From positions 1 through 47,577 of the forward strand of contig BTVV01000041.1 of the NCBI GenBank assembly GCA_045863855.1: DNA of 47,577 nucleotides, in the 5' to 3' direction. The stretch is from Planctomycetota bacterium. Its GTDB lineage: Bacteria > Planctomycetota > SZUA-567 > H5-PLA8. Made by a program: the position numbers and the translations under genes. Of the stretch, positions 46,121 through 47,577 are shown one piece after another; position 1 is the stretch's first letter; every line of letters begins with the position of its first letter. The notes under the pieces are model-generated. The model ran no database searches. It was not told the DNA's origin and worked only from the letters and a program-made list of their open reading frames with translations.

Positions 46121-47577
46121 ATGCACGTTACTCCTTGGCTGCACAATGCGGCCTTGCCTGACACCAGTTCGATCGCGCGGCTGGTCGCGCACGAACGTTT
46201 CCGCGGCAAGCAAGGCGAGGCGCTCGCGCTGGCGTTGTGGCAGTACACCATCGATCCGCGCGCGGGCTTCTATCACTTCTGGTCGCCCACCGATCGCGAT
46301 GTGGAACGCCCCTACCACAAGGGCGACTACGTGAAGGACCCGCTCAAGCTGATCAACTCCTACGGGTACATGCTGTGCGGCACCGTGGCGAGCATCTACG
46401 CGAATCTGTGCGAGGCCGCGGGGCTGCGCGTCGCCATCGTCGGCGTCACCGGACACACGCTCAACGAAGTGTACTTCGACGGCGGCTGGCGGCTGATCGA
46501 CTGCGACTTGCGTGCCTTCCATCGCAAACCCGACGGATCCATCGCGAGCCTGAAAGAGCTGCTCGCGAATCCCGACCTCGTCGCCAAGCCCACCGCGCCC
46601 AGCGAACCGTACTATGTCGCCGACCGCGCGCCCGCGGACATGGCGAAGGCCTGTTACGCGCCGGGCGTGGGCGGTCAGATGCCGCGCTGGATCGAGAACC
46701 TGCATACGATGGACTTCGCGCTGCGGCCGGGCGAACGCCTGACGCTCTGGCCGGGGCCGCGCGAGAACCGCTGGAGCTTCCCGCCGCATTGGGTGGCCGA
46801 CTCGAAGCAGTACGCCAAAGAGTGGAAAGGCCTGGGCCCGCGCGAGCGTTTCGAACCGCATCGCACGTACGGCAACGGCCGCTTCGAATACGCGCCTGAC
46901 CTGACCTCGCGCAGCCGCGACCTGGAAGCCGGCGCGTGGAAGCTCGAAGGGCTGGCGAGCACGCCCCAAGGGCTGGCCGTGGCCGCTCCGGCGGCGAGCG
47001 GCCGCGCGGAAGTCCTGCTCCTTTCGCCGTGGCCGTTCACCGGGCGCGTCGAAGACGCGCAGGATCCGGAAGCCAAGTCCGACGCGGCAAGCGTCGAGCT
47101 GGTCTTGGCGCTTCCGGACGGCGCGAAAGGCGCGGCGCGCGTAAGCGTCTCGGCGGACGGCGTGATGTTCGAAGACGCCGGGCGCTTCGCCCATGCCGGC
47201 GCGTACCGCGTGGACCTCACGCCCTGGGTCGAACGCCGCCACCGCGCGCGCGTGATCCTGGAGCTGGAAGGCGCCGCGGTGCTGAACGCCGTTACGCTGC
47301 GCGGGCACGTCCAGCACGCGGCGAACGCGTACCCGTTCCTCGACCCGAACGGCACGGCGATGCGCTTCCACGCGCTCGACGAACGCGGCGAGCGGACGCT
47401 TCCGGAACATTGGGCGGCGGGACTGGAAACCGTCGCCGACGGCTTCCCGCCCGAACTGGTCTGCGCCGAGAATCTACGGCGCGGGCCGAAGCCGTACGAC
47501 CGGCTGAGTCCGATCGATCCGGCGCGGCCGTGGTCGGCCGTCTTCCGCGTCGAGCCGCGCGTACTGCACGGGCGGCC
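46121..47577 (+). CDS. Transglutaminase-like (Cys-His-Asp) domain protein, 3'-truncated by the window end
   Basis: Not in the ORF track (no stop in window). ATG 46121: MHVTPWLHN...DPLKLINSYGYMLCGTVASIYANLCEAAGL...GHTLNEVYFDGGWRLID...HTMDFALRPGERL...YGNGRFEYAPDL. Confidence 0.8.
   Translation, partial: MHVTPWLHNAALPDTSSIARLVAHERFRGKQGEALALALWQYTIDPRAGFYHFWSPTDRDVERPYHKGDYVKDPLKLINSYGYMLCGTVASIYANLCEAAGLRVAIVGVTGHTLNEVYFDGGWRLIDCDLRAFHRKPDGSIASLKELLANPDLVAKPTAPSEPYYVADRAPADMAKACYAPGVGGQMPRWIENLHTMDFALRPGERLTLWPGPRENRWSFPPHWVADSKQYAKEWKGLGPRERFEPHRTYGNGRFEYAPDLTSRSRDLEAGAWKLEGLASTPQGLAVAAPAASGRAEVLLLSPWPFTGRVEDAQDPEAKSDAASVELVLALPDGAKGAARVSVSADGVMFEDAGRFAHAGAYRVDLTPWVERRHRARVILELEGAAVLNAVTLRGHVQHAANAYPFLDPNGTAMRFHALDERGERTLPEHWAAGLETVADGFPPELVCAENLRRGPKPYDRLSPIDPARPWSAVFRVEPRVLHGR

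Overview
GC-rich bacterial chromosomal segment, plausibly Planctomycetota (inferred from gene content only). No rRNA, tRNA, CRISPR array or transposase/integrase was recognised. In order it holds: a minus-strand phosphate operon (pstS-pstC-pstA-pstB plus the 5' end of phoU); a polytopic DUF6785/6784-like membrane protein divergent from three large secreted CAZyme-like genes (two paralogous lyase-like proteins and one GH42-like/FN3 protein); two paralogous TonB-dependent receptors followed by a YfiR-family protein and a CHASE8-type hybrid kinase; a GntR/Gfo-Idh-MocA/TIM-barrel/deoC sugar operon; a low-GC orphan gene; AraC plus an orphan Rieske oxygenase; a thioredoxin-fold gene split by an in-frame UGA at the CxxC position (probable selenoprotein); an AraC/aldolase/atypical SDR/Fe-ADH cluster; a 1727-aa compositionally mosaic surface protein; a degenerate GGDEF gene upstream of an ECF sigma/anti-sigma pair; and a transglutaminase-like gene running off the end. 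The strongest novelty candidates are (1) the anti-sigma factor whose post-transmembrane domain resembles a whole MraZ (AbrB/SpoVT) fold without its DNA-binding motifs, (2) the UxxC selenoprotein missed by the ORF track and (3) the double TBDR-YfiR-kinase trans-envelope module. All family assignments come from motif recognition by eye; no database searches were run.
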